Positions 60,001-64,000 of a stretch of 64,000 nt of DNA are shown one piece after another. Below the pieces are notes generated by a model. The model had not been told where the DNA came from and searched no databases. It saw nothing but the letters and a program-made list of their open reading frames with translations. Both the position numbers and the translations under genes were made by a program. Position 1 is the first letter of the stretch. Each line of letters starts with the position of its first letter. The DNA lies in NCBI GenBank assembly GCA_965637545.1, contig OZ281496.1, positions 15,066,001 through 15,130,000 on the forward strand. Direction: 5' to 3'. Origin of the DNA: Phallusia mammillata (taxonomy: Eukaryota).

Positions 60001-63000
60001 ACATAGCATAGTAGACACTTTCCGCCTTTTTCAGCCTAGAAAAAAATGCTTTACGCGTATTACCAAAAATTCATCAACGAGAATAGACCGCTTTTACTCG
60101 ACATAAAATTAAACTTTTTTCGAATAAATCTTAATCTAAATAAAAGATGGGGAAAAACCTCCTGGAAACTAAACCTAACTTTATTACAAGACCGAAGTAC
60201 AATACGTTAATTAAAAGCCTGATCCAGGAACTAGAAAACGAGAAAGAATCCTACCACTCGATTTTCGAGTGGTGGGATTCCCTCAAACAAAAAATTAGAA
60301 AGAAATCAATCTCGTTTTCAATTGAGCGAAAAAACGCCGAAAAACTTGAGAAAGCAAAAATGCAAAAAGAATTCGAAGCCCTTATGGCCACGATGTCACC
60401 CAACAATCCCGGACCTACCTTAAAACTTCTAGATCTCCAAAAAAAGATAAAGCTAAGCAACGAGCAAAATTTGAACGGCGCTAAAATAAGAGCAAGAATC
60501 AAAGACTTTTGCGACAACGAGAAACCGTACAAGCCTTTCTTTAAAACTGAACAAACAAAACAGGAAAGTACTAGCATCAGAGGTTTAAACATTAATGGCC
60601 ATTTTGAAACAAACCCTGATAAAATAATACACGAAGTTCATCGTTTTTATCAAAACCTTTGGCAAGTGAATAATAGTACGGACACAAACGTCCAAAAATT
60701 CTTCATCTCGCAAGTTGAACCCTACCCGCCGCAATCAACAGACGCATCTTTTACGCTAAAAGAACTCGAAGTAGCAAAGAATTTAATGAACAAAAACTCA
60801 TCCCCTGGCGACGACGGTCCCCCGGTAGAATTTTACAATCACTTTTGGCCCTTAAAAATGCGCAAGTTAAACTTATTCCAAAGAAGCAGGATAAGACGTA
60901 TCTAAAGAATTGGCGCCCAATTTCCCTTTTGAACGCCGATTACAAAATTATAAGAAAAACAGTTTCAATGCGACTTCAAAAAGAACTTAACGAAAAAATA
61001 GCTATAGAACAAAACTGCGGTCTAAACCAGTGGTTCTCAAACTTTTTTGTGTTGCGACGCCTCTGGAAAAGTTTTCTGGACTTGCGACTCACCAGCACAT
61101 AAAAGTTAATGAGGGAACTTATCAATAAACAGTTAACTAACTGTTTTTCCACAAATTATAAAACTGCACTCAACAGTCAACACTTTCAGTGCATCCGGCA
61201 ATCACGTGCGGGCTTTTGTTAATTGTTTCAATTATTGCGCACAATTACATTGTCTTGTCTGCTGCATGGCCTCAACAGCATCAATAACGAATTACAATAA
61301 AAGTAATGTTTCAACTTACGCACAATATAAACTGCTGCACAAAAATTTACTGCTGCAACTCATGCACAGCAACTACTTCAAACTTTGCTAACAATTATAC
61401 GTTATAACTACCTCAAGCCTTTGTTACATTGTTATGAAGCAAGACTCCGTTCATATAATCAAGTTTAATGCCCGCCAAGCGTCGCCCCAGACACGTGCCT
61501 ATCACGCACTTGCTGCTTGTACTGTTTGGTCGCGACGTACATTGACGGACAGCCACATTTTTGATGAAAAACTTTTGAGGTAAATTTACGCCAATCCGCA
61601 CTGTACGCAAAAAGCAGTTGGACGCAGATATACGTCAACCGCACTGAAACCTCATTTAATATGAGATAAACTGAGTTTAAACACGAAATGGAAATATTCT
61701 GCGACGCCCTTGGAAAATTGAAACGACGCACCAGGGCGTCGCGACGCACAGTTTGAGAACCACTGGTCTAAACAACCGTTTTATTCAACATATCCATTAC
61801 AACCTCCAATCAGCAATGGAGTCTAGTCATACAAAACATACTCCTTTGGCTTTCATGATGGTCGATATAGAAAAGGCCTTTGACACTGTCGATCACGACT
61901 TTGTGCATCAAATCCTACAAGCCTTAAATATTAATAAATACACTAGAAAATGGGTAAAAATTTTATACAAAAACATAACTAGCAAAATTAACGTCAATGG
62001 TACCACAACAGAAATAATACAGATAAAAAGAGGAGTTCGACAAGGGTGCGGCTTATCCATGTTGCTTTACGTGGCTGTGAGTCAAGCCCTCATCAAAGCA
62101 GTAAATAACAATAAAAACATATACGGTTTTAAATTTGGAAAACTCGAAACAAAAATACAGCAGTATGCTGATGATTCGACTTTCATAATTGCGGACAAAC
62201 AATCAATTCCAGAAATTTTCAAACTCATGGATTTATACAAAAAAGCAACAGGACAAAAAATTAATACAACAAAAACTGAACTACTCCCAATTTCGAAAAA
62301 CCTCGTTAGCGAATTAAATTTTATCTACCCCGATTTTGTAAAACAAACGTCAAAATATTAGGAATCAAATGTAAATCAAGTTGTTTCGGTGTGCGAGACA
62401 ACTGGGCACCGATATTACGGCATGCGAAACACATAACCAATACTTTCGCATCTCGGAAACTTTCTTTTACCGGTAAAATCTCAATAATAAACACGCTAAT
62501 CTTTCCCAAAATTTTATTTACCGCAAGAGTAGTCCAACCATCCCACATCTATATAAAAGAACTAAATTATACGATTTATCAATTTTTCTGGCACCCCAAA
62601 AAAATAGAACAAATGAAACGCGTTAAATTAACATCCTCCAAAGAAAAAGGTGGCCTAAAACTCCCTGATTTGGAAACCAAAATAAAAGCGCTATACTTAG
62701 AAAAACTGCGGGACCTAATTACCGTGGAAAATATCGTAGAAATCTGGCAACGATGGGCCATTTACAATTTAGCCACTAAAATAAAACAAATTAAACCCCA
62801 CATTATTTGATAATACCAAACCAAATGCGTGGAAACCCAACCAGAATTGGAAAAAAAATTACGAAACTTACCTAAATTTAATAGAAATTAATAATGAATT
62901 AAATTGGCAAAAATCCAAATTACGACATTTTTATTACGAATTAATCAAACAAATAGAAGTAGATAGTACTCCAAGCAACCTAACCGATTTTAAATGGAAA

Positions 63001-63855
63001 AAGGCCTTGTTCCTCCAAACAGGAATAAGGCTTTTTTTCAACAATAGAGAACGGCGAGTTGCTTAACGGCAAGTTGCTTACCTTACCTCGCACAAAGCCT
63101 TCAAATGGGGCGATTTTGACCGCTCCAGAAACGCTTTTCATCTAAAAAATAAACAAAACAGAATCATGCGCTGTAAGCTATGCAAAAATAAAAACGACAA
63201 TATAGAACATCTGTTCTTAAATTGTCCAATAAATAACAAAATTGCTAATTACCTCGACCAAATTTTATTTGATAAAGTACAAACGCATCTCCCAAAAAAC
63301 CCAAACCTGATTTTATATAACTACTACGACTTGGAAACCCCAATGTGGTTAGTAAAGTTAGTTTCAATTTGGCGCGTCAAAGTCATTAAAGAAAAAGAAA
63401 ACTTAGACTATAATAACGATTACGTAAAAAACTCGGAATCCTTCGCAAGACGTGTCTCCCAAAAAATCTTTGCGACTTTCAAATCTCAATTGGAAGTATT
63501 TACACAAAAATTTGGAAACCAATACGTTGAAATGAAATTTGGCCTCGGCATGGACCAATTTACAATAAACGCTGCCACGTAGAGCCAAACAAAATCTTGT
63601 AATATACTTATTATTGTGTGTGTATCTTACTTCCATTGCAAAATGTTTTTCGCAATATGTTACACTTTAGTTCATTATTATCTTCGTTTACAACGTCTCT
63701 CATTTAACATGTTACGTTGTTACATTAACTTAGTTTACTGCCTAGCCTATTTTTAAGTTGTTCCTATTTTTAACTGGAGACGACATGATAATTTTATTAT
63801 CGGTCGGTCGTCACATGTTGAGGCGGGGAGGGGCCTCTACAAAAATAGAAAAAAA
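57057..63855 (+). mobile_element. L1-clade Tx1-type LINE 2, full length, degenerate, a diverged relative of LINE 1
   Basis: Flanked by A(n)TTT(T)GCACAT on both sides (57038-57056 and 63849-63866). ORF1 58016..59382 with two CCHC knuckles. ORF2 ~59453..63582 with APE, RT (QYADDST) and CKLC..EHLFLNC. Many shifts. Confidence 0.92.
61028..61765. mobile_element. hAT MITE inserted in the LINE 2 RT
   Basis: TIRs CAGTGGTTCTCAAACT / AGTTTGAGAACCACTG, TSD GTCTAAAC. The RT frame resumes after it. Confidence 0.93.
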
Positions 63856-64000
63856 TTTTTGCACATGGCAGAAAAAAGCAAGAGAAAAAAAAATTTTGCA
63901 CATGGGTGTTAACAGCCTTATGACGTCAGATGTGTTAACAAATGTTGCTAAAAACACCTCTAGTGGCTAGAAATTTAAACATTGGCCGATTTTGAAAAAA

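Noticed and set aside
1-64000. CRISPR arrays, operons, rRNA or intact tRNA genes
   Set aside because: No repeat-spacer array, rRNA or intact tRNA cloverleaf was seen. Spliceosomal introns and the TE content show the sequence is eukaryotic.

Overview
AT-rich, repeat-dense eukaryotic window, almost certainly from an ascidian tunicate: it carries three exact copies and one 15/16 copy of the 16-nt Ciona-type spliced leader (SL) ATTCTATTTGAATAAG. Host-type content: a decayed NLR gene (NACHT plus an array of ~162-nt LRR exons), four intronless C2H2 zinc-finger loci, an unprocessed RDH-like SDR pseudogene, a HECT-like pseudo-exon, and one long intact ORF, a KCBP/kinesin-C-type kinesin-14 with all the hallmarks of a processed retrogene. 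Mobile content: two Ty3/Gypsy structures, a Penelope-like element with a minimal hammerhead ribozyme, an L2/CR1-type LINE, two tandem L1/Tx1-type LINEs, a probable CACTA fragment, and about ten hAT, Tc1/pogo and MULE-type MITEs, most with readable TSDs. The main signal is that SL sequence marks the 5' ends of retroposed units. It heads an L2/CR1 LINE in spliced form, heads a Tx1 LINE as an unspliced SL-RNA-gene-like cassette inside the TSD, heads a NEK8-like retro-fragment in full, and heads the kinesin retrogene as a 7-nt remnant. The Tx1 insertions split or abut a tRNA-like sequence. All alignments and translations were done by eye. Many frameshifts sit in homopolymers and could be assembly errors.
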